Position numbers and translations under genes: made by a program. A model generated the notes under the pieces. The model made no database searches. It saw only the letters and a program-made list of their open reading frames with translations, and was not told the origin of the DNA. Shown here piece by piece: positions 1-11,334 of a stretch of DNA of 64,000 bases. Source of the DNA: Hypanus sabinus (lineage: Eukaryota); the NCBI RefSeq assembly GCF_030144855.1, contig NC_082736.1:6262001-6326000 (forward strand), given 5' to 3'. The number at the start of each line of letters is the position of its first letter. The first letter of the stretch is position 1.

Positions 1-790
1 ACTAATCAAACTGGCATGGGACGAGGAATTTGTGGAGTGTTCAGAGACAGTTTCCTACAGTATAGTGTGACAGAACTCACCCAGGAACAGGACATTCCAG
101 ATGTGATGATGTGGGATTAATAAGTGGATGAGCAGTGGCAGATGCTTAAACGACTGGTTGATAATGCTCAGCAGACATTGATCCCAATTAGACAGAGAGA
201 CCCAGAACAATGATCAATCAGAGGGGTCAAGAGAAATATTAAATCAAAGATTCGAGCACAGAAAGGGACAAGGTCTAGTGGTAGACCAACAGACTAATTC
301 AGGAACCAGTGGCAAGAGACTCAAATCTGAAAGCATGAAATAAATTGCAATAAATTAAACTCAATAGTGTGAACTTTGTTCACATTGGTGACATGGCACA
401 CATCTCAAAGTGTTATGTCGGCTGACATTTCAACACTGTGTGTTAATTTGCAACAGTCACCATCATGAGGAAAACAGCTAATCAGACTAAACGCAAACAT
501 CACCAGGTCACAACGACCTACACTCGAGAGTTTTACAAGGAAGTGGCTGGAGAGAAAGTTCAGTGAGAAATTGCTGTTTGCCAGAACACATCATGTTCCA
601 CCAAGATCCCAGTGGAATGGAAAACGTCAACTGTCTCCATTCTTCAGGAAAGTTAGTACACAAAAGAAGGTAATTGTAGTCCTGTTAACATCACAAGTAT
701 TGAAGGCAAGATCATGGAGTCTGATCTGTGAAGAAATTACAAATCATTTGAAGAAGTTTAATGTCAACAAACCAAGTGAAAATTGTTCAC
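1..790 (+). mobile_element. highly degenerate CR1 LINE ORF2 remnant
   Basis: Degenerate CR1-like peptides (EEFVECS, EEITNHLKK); collinear inverted homolog at ~33200-34125. Confidence 0.45.
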
Positions 791-1038
791 ATTTGTAGCA
801 TCACACTGCATGAAAAGAGAACATTAGACCCATCTGGTCCAGGCTGAGAAAAGCTCTCGCCCAGGTTGCCCCCATATCTGACTGAACCTTCTCTAACCTC
901 ATCCCTGTCCAATACCTTTTCAATCTAGGTAATGGATCAGCCTCAACCACTTCCTCTGACACCTGGTTCCGATTGAGCTGTTACTTAAAAATACCTGATT
1001 AAATTCTCCCTTTGGGAGCTGACTCTGGAAGCAGCAGT

Positions 1039-1593
1039 CATTCCGTCCCTGTCATTCTCTGGTACAGTGTGAGAGTGTGGGGTTCATTCTGTACCTGTCA
1101 GTCACTGGTACAGTGTGAGAGTGTGGGATTCATCCTGTACCTGTCAGTCTCTGGTACAGTGTAAGAGTGTGGGGTTCATTCTGTGATGCACCATTAATAA
1201 CTCTCTGAGACGTGAGGCAAGATATCGGCTTTTATTGACTGGAAGAAAGAACAAGCAGCAATTGACCACCCTACTACATCCTGGAGACTGAGGGCAGGGC
1301 TCAGACCCCAATCGCCTTTATACCGGGGTCTGTGGGAGGAGCCACGGTCAGTGGGCGGAACCACAGGAGCAGTCAGCAGGGCGGGCGTATCCAGACAGGT
1401 AAATGTTCTTCAACACATTCTGTACCTGTCAGTCTCTGGTACAGTGTGAGAGTGTGGGGTTCATTCTGTACCTGTCAGTCTCTGGGACAGTGTGAGAGTG
1501 TGGGGTTCGTTCTGTCCCTGTCAGTCTCTGATACAGTGTGAGATTTTGGGTTTCAGCCTGTACCTGTCAGTCTCTGGTACAGTGTGAGAGTGT
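1039..1593. repeat. 46-bp minisatellite, ~7 units, interrupted by a solo LTR
   Basis: Unit CATTCTGTACCTGTCAGTCTCTGGTACAGTGTGAGAGTGTGGGGTT starts at 1039, 1085, 1131, 1177/1416, 1462, 1508, 1554. Confidence 0.95.
1182..1415 (-). mobile_element. solo LTR (234 bp)
   Basis: TG...CA termini; 5-bp TSD CATTC (1177-1181 and 1416-1420); TATAAA and AATAAA on minus strand. Confidence 0.8.
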
Positions 1594-1648
1594 CTGTTTT
1601 GTTTAGCAACATTTGGCCAAATGGAATTCTGAACTATTTTGTAACCAG

Positions 1649-2339
1649 TGTAGCGTTCTCGCTCGGGAGTAATGGAAACGCCGAATTAAACGCCGAGATA
1701 AACAGTAGTCATTGAAAACAAGGTCGCAGTAAGATTAACCATTTACTGTTCACTCTTCACATTAACGTATGGTGAAAACTGTTGATAAAACAATACAAGA
1801 TTGATACAGTATTTGTTCCCTTCTTGATATCACATTTACATCGTAAATACTTGTAAAAGTAAACTACAACTACATTACATTAAAGTGCAGCATACAGTCA
1901 GAATCTACCTACGCCATGGACCACTTTAAATACACTTCAACACAAACTATCCGCAACTCTTTAACTAACGAAAACATAAACCTTATCGGCCGTCGTTACT
2001 TTTAACGGGATCGGAGTTAACATTTTAATTCAGCATATCGATTATCTATTAACTTACAGAGTTGCTCTCACTGTGATTTCTAATGCTTACAAACAACTTC
2101 TTGCACAGGTCTGTTTCTTGCTCTGGTCTCCCTCGTGCGAGCCCCCGCTCTTGCATCGATCCCAAACCGGTATTTTCCCACAAGACGTGGCGAAACCAGA
2201 TGTGACGTCATCGCATGCCGATCTATTTTACAGGCAATGAATATACTTTAAACCATTCTAATTTTAATTAGAAAATACTAGCAAATGAATTACTAAGCAA
2301 AAAAATTATAAACTAAATAACTGCCATAAAGGCAACGTA
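1649..2339. mobile_element. solo LTR-like insertion (~690 bp)
   Basis: Begins TGTAGCG; direct repeat GTAACCAGTGT at both junctions (1641-1651, 2337-2347), compatible with an ACCAG TSD; CpG-rich relative to flanks. Confidence 0.55.
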
Positions 2340-3499
2340 ACCAGTGTGCCCACAATGATCAGTGATGGGGCTCTGTCTGATCAGATTAAAACACACACAG
2401 GCTGATCAGATCGCTGATGACACGGATGTTGGTTCAGTTGTGGGTGGTGGGGTGAGACTTTGCCTGATTATTCAAAGGAGAATCTCAATGTATCGGAATC
2501 AGTTCGGGGAATGTTTACTGGACCAATGCTGGCAGTGGACTAGCTGTCTGATCATGAGAGTCTGGGCTTGTTCTCTTTGTTGGTACTACCTCCATGTACT
2601 TATGTACTGAGCGATCTGACAGGGTGTAATGTCAACAAAGGTTTTTCCCTGTACCTCGGGACATTCAAAAACAATAAACCTGTAATGAAATAAAACATGG
2701 AGGTCCCTGAATGATATTGATAAAGCATGGGGGGAGAGGAAGCTTTCATCTGTGGGACAACTGGAATATGTAATGATATGACCGAAAGCTGAGAGGATTC
2801 TTATCTGAATCAATGTATCCTCAGACACTGGAAATCATGAACTGACAGCTTCTTGAGATCAGAATCCTTGAATGGTTTTAAGGGCGAGAGACTGGGATAG
2901 TTTACAAGGAAGGGTGTGAAATGCTCCCGTGGGCAGATGGGAATATGATGTTGAAATGGGACAGCCGTGACATTAAATGACAGAGCAGGTGTGAGGGGCT
3001 AATTGGGGCTCCTGCTCCTCATTTGGATGTGGGTGTGAGCCTGTGGTGTGCTGACAAGGACTGTCCACAGAGCTCCAGCAATTCCACCAGAGCTCCCTCC
3101 TCTGCCAATCTGTTCCTTCAGCCATCAAAAGCAAGTCTCTCATCCGCTTTCTAAACCCATCGAATGCTCTGTCCTCCTCACCTGAGGGATCATTTCACAT
3201 GCTCTCCAGGGGTCCTCTGTCCCCCTATATTTCTCCACCTTCCACAAGGTACCATGTGCCTTCTGGCCTGGTTTGTGTTCCCCACCTGCATCACCTCACT
3301 TCTCCAGATCAAATTCCTCCTGCCTACCTGTCCAGTTCCCTGATACCTTCCGCTTCCCTCCACAATGTCTCCCACATGGTCAATTATACCGGACAATAAA
3401 TTCATTGCCAACTGAATACTTTTGGGAATATTTTATGAATCTGGGCTGAAATGACCCTATCACACACCTTCTCTGAAATTGCCTATATTTTTATATTTT

Positions 3500-3865
3500 A
3501 GTTCATAATCCAAGTCAAAATATTTGATGCCAAGATGAAGGGAGGCACTTATGTTGGTCCACAAATCAAGTAGGCCACCAATAACAGGAAATTCAAAGAA
3601 CTTCTCGTGGGACTAGAGAAAATCGCATGGAAGGCATTAAAGGAAGTAGTTGAACAATTTCTCAGCAACTACAGTGTACCAAGCTACATGCAGATGGTTG
3701 ACGACGTGCTTCATGCCTACAAAACCATGAAGTGCAACATGTCCCTGAAGATTCATTTTTTGCATTCCCATTTAGATTTCTTCCTGAAAATCTCGGCGTT
3801 TTCAGTGACGAGCATGGTGACAGGTTTCACCAGGACATTGCGGTCATGGAGAAATGTTATCAGGT
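3500..3865 (+). mobile_element. CMC-Chapaev3-like DNA transposase fragment (pseudogene)
   Basis: ORF 3607-3900 has MSLKIHFLHSHLDFF followed, after a frameshift, by ENLGVFSDEHGDRFHQDI, a motif typical of Chapaev3 transposases. Confidence 0.7.
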
Positions 3866-4779
3866 CCACAAAGTCTCGGCTGAAAAAGACGCCAAATTAA
3901 ACTAAACCCGTCTGTCTTTACAACATCCGTACCCCTCCATTCCTGCACACTTGAAAAGCCGACGGTACACCATTCTCACCTTTGCTTCCACTCCCAACAC
4001 AGGCCAAGTGTTCCATGCCCCCACCACTCTGCAAATCTAAAGCTTGCATATCAGCTTTGAACTTTACCTCCTCTCCAACTAAAGCTAAACCATGGGTGGG
4101 GATTTGACATCTGGTCTCTGTCTCCACCTGCAGGACACGGTGGTGCAGTTTGCAATGGAAATACTGACTGTCAGTGGTTCAACGTAACTGTTGTATTGGA
4201 AATGTGTGTCTGGGTCTTGGGCTCAGTCAGTGTGGGACTGAATGCCTCTGCTGTCTGAGACTGGAACGAATGAGCCGTCAGTGTCTCTGTGCTCTGTAAC
4301 ACACCTTGTGTGCGAGAGATGAGCCGCTGCTCTGTTGCTTGAGCCTCAGCAGGAGGGAACATTGGCATTGATTGAAGTCTTTCCTGCGGGTAGGAGAAGG
4401 AAACCGAGAGGTAAAAATCAGACACCGTGAGAAGCAACTGGTGCAGCCAGTGCCAGTGTGTGAGGTCACTCAGGGGCAGCAGACGGAGGCAACTCCAAAC
4501 CAAGGAAGGGACAGACAAACCTCGCCAATTCCTGGCACCAATCCGGGAGGTGAACAGAGACAACACGCATTTCCACACAATTCTCCATGGGACTCACAAC
4601 TCAGCAGACTCAGTGTCCAGTAACAACAGACATAGAGAAATGGGCAAATGGGAAAATCTTCCCATGGTCAGGGAGAGAAGCATCAATGACAACTTCTTCT
4701 CACTCTGCCTCTCTCGACTCGGCCCACTCCCAGTGCGGAAATGAATTCTCTCTCCCCAATCACTCCATGTTCAACCTAT

Positions 4780-6080
4780 AGGACCAAGGTCTCTGCAACT
4801 GGATCCATGACTTCCTAACCGGAATACCACTATCTCTGCGGATTGGATATGACATCTGCAGCTCACTGACAAATACCACAGGCGCTCCACAGGGTGCGTG
4901 CTTAGCTCACTGCTCTGCTGTGTCTACACCCACAACTGTGTGGCTAGGCACAGCTCAAACATCATTAAGAAATTTGCTGATGATACAACCAGGGGAGGCA
5001 GAATTTCAGATGGTGACAATAGGTCGTAAAGCAGTGAGATGTGCGTACCAGTTAGTTGAGTGTTGTCACAGAGACAGCCTTGCACTCAACGTCAGCAAGA
5101 CCAAAGAGCTGATTGTGGACTTCAGGAAAGGTAAGAGGAAGAAACACAAACCAATTCTCATCAAGGGATCAGAAGTGGAGAGCGTGGACAATGGCAAGTT
5201 CTGGGTGTCAACATCTCTGATGATCTAACCTGGAAGCAACATATTGATGCAGTTATAAAGATGGCAAGGTAGCGTCTATATTTCATTAGGAGTTTGAGGA
5301 AATTTAGTTTGTCAACTTCAACAACTAAAAACTTCTACAAATGCACATTCTGACTGGCTGCATCTCCATCTGGTATGGGGGGGTGTGGGCTACTGCACAA
5401 CATCAAAATAATTTGTAGAAACTTGTAAAACTAGTCAGCACTATCATGGGCAGAGCTTCGGTATTATCCGACATCTTCAAGGAGCGGTGACTCAGGAAGG
5501 CTCAGACCATCACTAAGGATCCCCAGCACCAAGGACACGCCCTTTTCTCACTGTTGTAGCAGTGTGCAACATGCAGCACTAAAATTACGACACGGAGTCA
5601 GTAACTGCGGTCGAAGAAACACTTTATTCGAAATACCCAGACTTGCTTTTAAGCCTCCCTCAAACTGACCCCCCCCCCCCCCATGGCGCAGAGGCTCCAA
5701 AGCTCTGTGCTCGCAAACTCCCGTAGGCTATCTCACTTAGCCGGAACGTTGGCTAATTGTGAGCCGGTTCGGATGTGCCAGGAAATGGGTCCCCACACTG
5801 TTACCATTGGGAAGGAGGTGCAGAAGGCTGAAGACACACACACATTGATTCAGGAAAAGTTTCCTCCCTTCTGTCATCTGAATTCTGTATGCTCAATGGC
5901 CATTGACCTACGAGCACTACCTAACTACTTTTTTCTTTTAATTTATGTTATTTTGCACTACATATTTTAACATAAATAGGTAATACTTAATGTAACTCAG
6001 GATTTTCTCTATATTAATTTATCATGATTTCATTGTGCTGATGTAAAGTTCACATATTTCACAACATCTGCCAATGATAT
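4780..6080 (+). mobile_element. Rex1/Babar-like non-LTR retrotransposon 3' fragment
   Basis: RT remnants (KFADDTT; LALNVSKTKELIVDFRK), AT-rich 3' UTR; hosts a solo LTR. Confidence 0.65.
5555..5797 (-). mobile_element. Gypsy-type solo LTR (243 bp)
   Basis: TGTAGC...CCACA termini; 4-bp TSD CTGT (5551-5554, 5798-5801); both ends resemble the Gypsy LTR at 23310-23595. Confidence 0.85.
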
Positions 6081-8267
6081 CATCAGCATATAAAGCCAAA
6101 CCAATCACAGGCCCACCACCATTAAGAATATCATTAACCATCAGATTAAACAACATTGAACTGATAACACTACCCTGGAGAGGGAGACACGTTACCCTCC
6201 ACAAACTCTGATGACACTCTTTTCACATACCCTCACTCTACATGACCACCCAAACAATAAAAAACGATATCCATTTGAAAACCTCCCACCAATAGCAAAC
6301 TTACTGAGTCCAATCAAAAGCCTCTCCCTCCATAGGATATCATAAATTGTTTCAATGTCCAAAAACACTGCGACTACTGATTCTTTCAGTGTAAAAAGCT
6401 TTCCAAATATCATTCCCAGTAGTACAGGGGCATCATAGATCTTCCTTTACGAAACCCACATTGGGAGTGATGAAGTGATTCTCTCCTCTCCAAAACAATC
6501 ATCAGCCGAATTGCTGTCATTTTTGTCATTATTTTACACAGTGAAGATGTGACAGCAACAGGGCTGTCACAACTGGACAGCATCGGATCCTTCCCATATT
6601 TTACAATTGACTTCACCACAGACCTCTTCCAGTCTCCTGCGAACATTCCTTGCTTCCAGACCTCATAAAACTCAAGCAACTTCTTTTGGGCTGCCTCAGG
6701 GAGATACTGGAGTATATGATGGCTTCCCATATCCTGTCCTGGGCTGTAGTACTTGTCCTATTGACAGCAAGTTTCAATTCAGCAAACGTAAAGTCATCAT
6801 CCATGGCAATCTCAAACGCCTCTTGTTTGTCAAAAATCTTCCCACTGTTCATCAAAATACACTCTTGTTTCTTAATATACTCATCCCCTAAATTATCTGG
6901 TCTGTGTCTTTTTCTAAATGTATTTTGCAGAAATTCTGCCTTTTCTTTGTCTATTGCAGCCAAATTTCCATTTTCCACCAATACTGGAATCCGGTTATAC
7001 CCTCTGACACCATTCATTTTTTTCAGCATTCTCCACACCACTCCCAGGCCAGTTTCCATCCCAACTGTTCAGTAAAATCCCTTCCAAGCTGCTTTTTAGC
7101 ATTCCTAATAACTCTCCTTGCTATTGCTTTTCTCCTCACAAATGCTTCAGGAAAGCTTCTTGCGTTGACCTGCATGGCAAAACACAAAACGCCCCTCTCC
7201 AGTCTCTGATGGCCTCTGATCATTCCTGTGTCCAACGAGGAATATGTTCTTACCAGCTCTGCTGGACACCTGCTTGATGGGCAGGTCCACACAATCCAGA
7301 AATTACACTCTGTTAGTCTTCTTCCATGGTACTGCCTAGAGACAATTGATCAAATGATTTCTCACACTCAAAAGAATTTTCCCCTGTTTCCTCTCTTATA
7401 ACAACTTTTAGTACCACGACTCATAATCTGAAAGTGAACTTTGTCCCCTACAGTACACATGACTAGAAAATGATTACTCCCCACAGCAACAGCTCTTACA
7501 TCCCAGCTACAGTCCAGCAAGTAGAGCACAGATAAAAGTCAAGTGCAGACAAGAACCACACCTTTGGCAATATCCACTCATATCGCTCTTCCATCATATA
7601 AATGGACTAAATCAGATTCTTCCAGACACTTATCTAATGCAGTCCCATTAGTCTTACTGCCACAAAGACCAGTATGTGCGTTAAAGTCACCACAAAAAAG
7701 TAATTTTACCAGAATTAATTCAGAGCATTCTCCACAACACTTCCACAGACTGGATTATAAAAGCTCATAATTTTGATACCTCCATGTGGATAAAAAAAAT
7801 TCAATAATTATGCATTCATTATTCTTTGGAGAAAGCAGAATTCTTTACAATAAACCTTCACAACGGTAACACCTCTCCCCCACTGCTCTGTGTTTAGCCC
7901 ACAAACTCATAACCCTGAATATTAAACAATAAATGTGATTGCAACAAGTTTCTTGTACACAGATAACACCCAAGGGAACACCAAAACAGATTCTTAAAAT
8001 TCCTCTCCGTTGAGTAAGATACTTCATGCATTCCAATCTGATAGGAAAATATCAATGTCTAGCACCCTGTGTAGAATTATCTTCCACCACCAGCCCATTC
8101 CCTCTACAATCATCCCCCAATTACCCTCCACCACAAGCCCATTCCCTCTCTATTATTCGCTATTTTCGCCTTCCGAGCTCCTTGAGCCTTTTGTGAAACT
8201 GGGCAACCTAAGTAAATCCGCTTCCTCGAGTGGTACGTACGGTCAGTGCTGAGGTGTGGATCAGAAA

Positions 8268-8655
8268 CATCGACCCTGAAGTAAGCTGACATGACACGAA
8301 TTAATGCTTTTGAAATGTGGTGCTATCGACGAATGTTGGAGATAAGCTGGGTAGAGAAGGCTTCAAATGAAAGGGTTTTGTCCGAAGCTGATAGACTACG
8401 GATTCTGCTGGAGAAGATCATGAAGGTAAAAGTTGCTTATTCTGGACACGTTAGGCGGAGAGATAAAATCTTGTCGGACTTGCTAAAGGTGGACGGAAAG
8501 AAACGAAGAGGAGGACAAAGAACAACGTGGCTGGATAACATCAAGGATTGGACCACGCTAGACAAGACTGGGGATGTTGTGGACATGTGTCGGGACAGAG
8601 CGGCGTGGAGGGAAATCGTCGGCCAACTGGGAATTCCAGATGCGACCTAACCAGG
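8268..8655 (+). mobile_element. RTE-clade LINE 3' fragment nested in the Nimb element
   Basis: ORF 8291-8650: AFEMWCYRRMLEISW ... GKKRRGGQRTTWLDNIKDW ... DRAAWR, the RTE ORF C-terminus. Confidence 0.75.
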
Positions 8656-9001
8656 ACGACGGACTACCGAGACAAGCAGCTCTCTGAGCATGCGCACAGT
8701 TGCAGCATCTCGCCTCAGCACCGACATCGCAATCCGCATATTCCTGTTCACCTCCGCATTTCGCACATCGCTATTTCCCACCACGAGAAGCAGAAACACG
8801 CCCCATCCTTTGGCATTTACAAACCCGCAACGGTGGAAGGTCAACCCGTCTGACAGATTAATTAATGCAGCCTAAACAACCTTTTAACGGTAGCCATTCA
8901 GCAGAAAAACACAACATAACAGGGAAACCCTTCCCTTTCTCTCCAAGTCTGTAATCTCTTAGCCAAAGCTACCTTACCCCCTCTCAGGTTGTCCCACTAT
9001 C

Positions 9002-9003
<2 letters not shown>

Positions 9004-9036
<33 letters not shown>
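9004..9036. repeat. (CA)n microsatellite
   Basis: Perfect AC dinucleotide run. Confidence 0.97.
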
Positions 9037-9038
<2 letters not shown>

Positions 9039-9569
9039 TCTGAAATGACACCCGAACCTAGTTTTCCCCACCAATGTACTGACAGTTTTGCTTCCGTCCG
9101 GAGTCTGCATTTTCAGTATTTTCTCCTGTTGTTTCAAATCAGCACACGTAGCCTACTCCCGCTCATTGCTCTGACATATTGCTGACGTTACCAATATCCT
9201 TCTGAATATCCTTAGTTAAACTACCGGGATGAAGACGCTTATCACAAAAAAGATATAAAATTAATCATTACCGTGAACTCGACAGCATCTTCTATCCCAG
9301 TCCTTCTTCCCTTACCGGGCGATCCTCCTCATCCAAACCCGTCCCTCCCGACTCATTTTCCTTTTATTTCTTGCCAAAATCCATTCTATTCTATCACTGA
9401 ACTCCCCATCTGAATTTCCCATCATCGGCTCCTCTCAGTCACATTACAGGTGGTCAAACCGCCGGCACCCGTCGCTGTCGCCCCACCACTCTCCGGTTGT
9501 CTCCCCCTCGCCCTGTCACCGGTCTTCCAGAACCCAGTTCCGATTTCTGGTCCGAGGTGTCCCCCGGAT

Positions 9570-9715
9570 CTCCCCGGCTCACCTCCTCAATTTACCGCTT
9601 CGGGCCCGGGTACTCCCCACTCACGGCTGATTCCAAGGCGCCGCCTGCCGATGGGTGAGGGAATGGGACTGCGCATGTCTTCAGCTGTGCACTGTCACTG
9701 CGCATGCGTTCGAGC
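9570..9715 (-). promoter_or_regulatory. candidate CpG-rich Pol II promoter / first exon
   Basis: NRF1-type TGCGCATG(CG) at 9670-9677 and 9699-9708; minus-strand donor-like GTGAGT (9619-9624) and GAG|GTGAGC (9577-9582). Confidence 0.4.
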
Positions 9716-10008
9716 AATTCCTAGGTCCACTTGGATTGTTCTCTGCCAAGTGTCCCTTTGCCTGTCTTCTCCACACAGTCATGCAGACATACTGAAGGAG
9801 ACGTGCTCACAGCAATAGCCCCGGTTTAATGTGTTCGGAGTGACGGATTCGGGACACTGTGTAACTCGGAACGGCGCTTAGATACCGACTCGCTAAGTGA
9901 ATGTCTAGGGAAAGAGGTTGAACCCAACGGCCCATGTTCTCGGGAAACTCTCCCGTCCCATAGTCTCAATGATCACTTCAACACCTTATATTTGAAGCAG
10001 GAAACGGT

Positions 10009-10068
10009 GTCCCGATCGGGTGTCTCCCACATGACAGGCGGGGATTCTCACCACTATACTAACGAGGA
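10009..10068 (-). pseudogene. tRNA-Asp(GTC) pseudogene lacking most of the T arm / B box
   Basis: TCCTCGTTAGTATAGTGGTGAGAATCCCCGCCTGTCATGTGGGAGAC matches vertebrate tRNA-Asp; the 12 nt CGGGGTTCGATT are missing; 60 nt instead of 72. Confidence 0.9.
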
Positions 10069-10541
10069 ATATACAAGAATATGGAATCTGCCGCACGTTT
10101 TCAGGGTACAGAGTCACCCTGACGTTTGTTTGTTGAGTGTGGATCTGGCGCTTTTCACACATCCCCTTCTCACTGTGTAACTGGAGGGGTACCGGGATTC
10201 TTTAGCGATCCCGTCACTTACTGTGTTCAAGGGCTCCCATCAGCGTGCGGTTTGAAAGGACAATTCCAATCAGGATTTGTTTATCCATTTGGTGATGCGT
10301 GAGATAGGGAAGGATCCCATTAGTAGGGTCTACGACTCGGTTCTAACTCAGTCTGATTCTTGGAGTATGCCCGCTGTGGGTTGTATAACTCCGGTTTGTT
10401 GGTGATGGCGACATTAATTTACCGGAACAGGACCTGCAGCAGAGTGAGGAATGTCCCGACAGACAGCAGCTTGGAGACTGATGGAGTCACACGGAGCTAT
10501 GAAAAACGCCTCACTACTCAAATCCTTTGCAACATCATTGA

Positions 10542-10613
10542 GCGATGGTGGTATAGTGGTGAGCATAGCTGCCTTCCAAGCAGTTGACCCGGGTTCGATT
10601 CCCGGCCATCGCA
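10542..10613 (+). tRNA. tRNA-Gly (TCC)
   Basis: Full cloverleaf: acceptor GCGATGG/CCATCGC, anticodon stem GCTGC/GCAGT with loop CTTCCAA, B box GGTTCGATTCC, TTTT terminator at 10624-10627. Confidence 0.97.
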
Positions 10614-10972
10614 GGCTGTACAGTTTTAGACTACAGAACAACTAAACCTCTTACATAGACACGGTCTACGCGGAACTCCAAGGGCCGAGTAATGAATCAC
10701 GCTAATTGACGCTGCGAGTTTAAGATTGGTTCATTAGTTATCGTTCACTGTGTCGTGGATCAGAGATGGAATTAACGTCGCTCAAGAGTTTCCCGTTAAA
10801 TCCTGTTCTGACTCTATTCCGCAAGAATTGACACTTCACAGGAAGGATCGGCAGGATTTATAAAGCGTTGCCCGGACATTGCCTGATCAAAGTATTTGAG
10901 CTTTCATTGGGATGTCAGAGCCTGAGAGGAAACTTGACCGAATTATGAGGCAGAAAGTTATGAGAGACTGGG

Positions 10973-11098
10973 CAACACGAGTGAATCTGCAGATGCTGGA
11001 AATGAATAAAAACACAAAATGCTGGCAGATCTCAGCAGGCCAGACAGCATCTATGGGAGGAGGTAGTGACGACGTCTGCCAGCATTTTGTGTTTTTAT
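10973..11098 (-). mobile_element. Penelope-derived short element with inverted terminal duplication
   Basis: ATAAAAACACAAAATGCTGGCAGA ... TCTGCCAGCATTTTGTGTTTTTAT inverted repeat; homologous to Penelope 3' ends elsewhere in the window. Confidence 0.75.
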
Positions 11099-11334
11099 GA
11101 GAGACGTAGATTGGGCAGGGTCAGAATTGGTTCTCAGGGTAAGGATTAGAAATTCTAGGGGGAATGAATGTAAGGTCGGAGTGGGAGAGAGTTTAAAGAA
11201 GATGTGCGGCTCACGTTTTCAGACGGAGTGGGGCGGGTGCTTGGAACGGGCTGCCAGGTTCAGAGACGGAAGGGTGTTCGATGTTTTTAGATAGACACAT
11301 GAATATGTTAGTGTGCAGCGACATGGATAGAGGC

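Larger units (their letters stand above)
6076..9480 (-). mobile_element. Nimb/I-group LINE, 3'-truncated and degenerate (ORF1 zinc knuckles, APE endonuclease, RT)
   Basis: Minus-strand translation at ~8690-8840 gives PPLRVCKCQRMG...RCAKCGGEQEY...RCCNC (gag-like knuckles); VICVQET (endonuclease); SQCGFRKGRS, VAVFLDIE, ALYADDI (RT). Confidence 0.8.

Noticed and set aside
1039-1593. CRISPR-like array
   Set aside because: Contiguous tandem units without unique spacers; eukaryotic context
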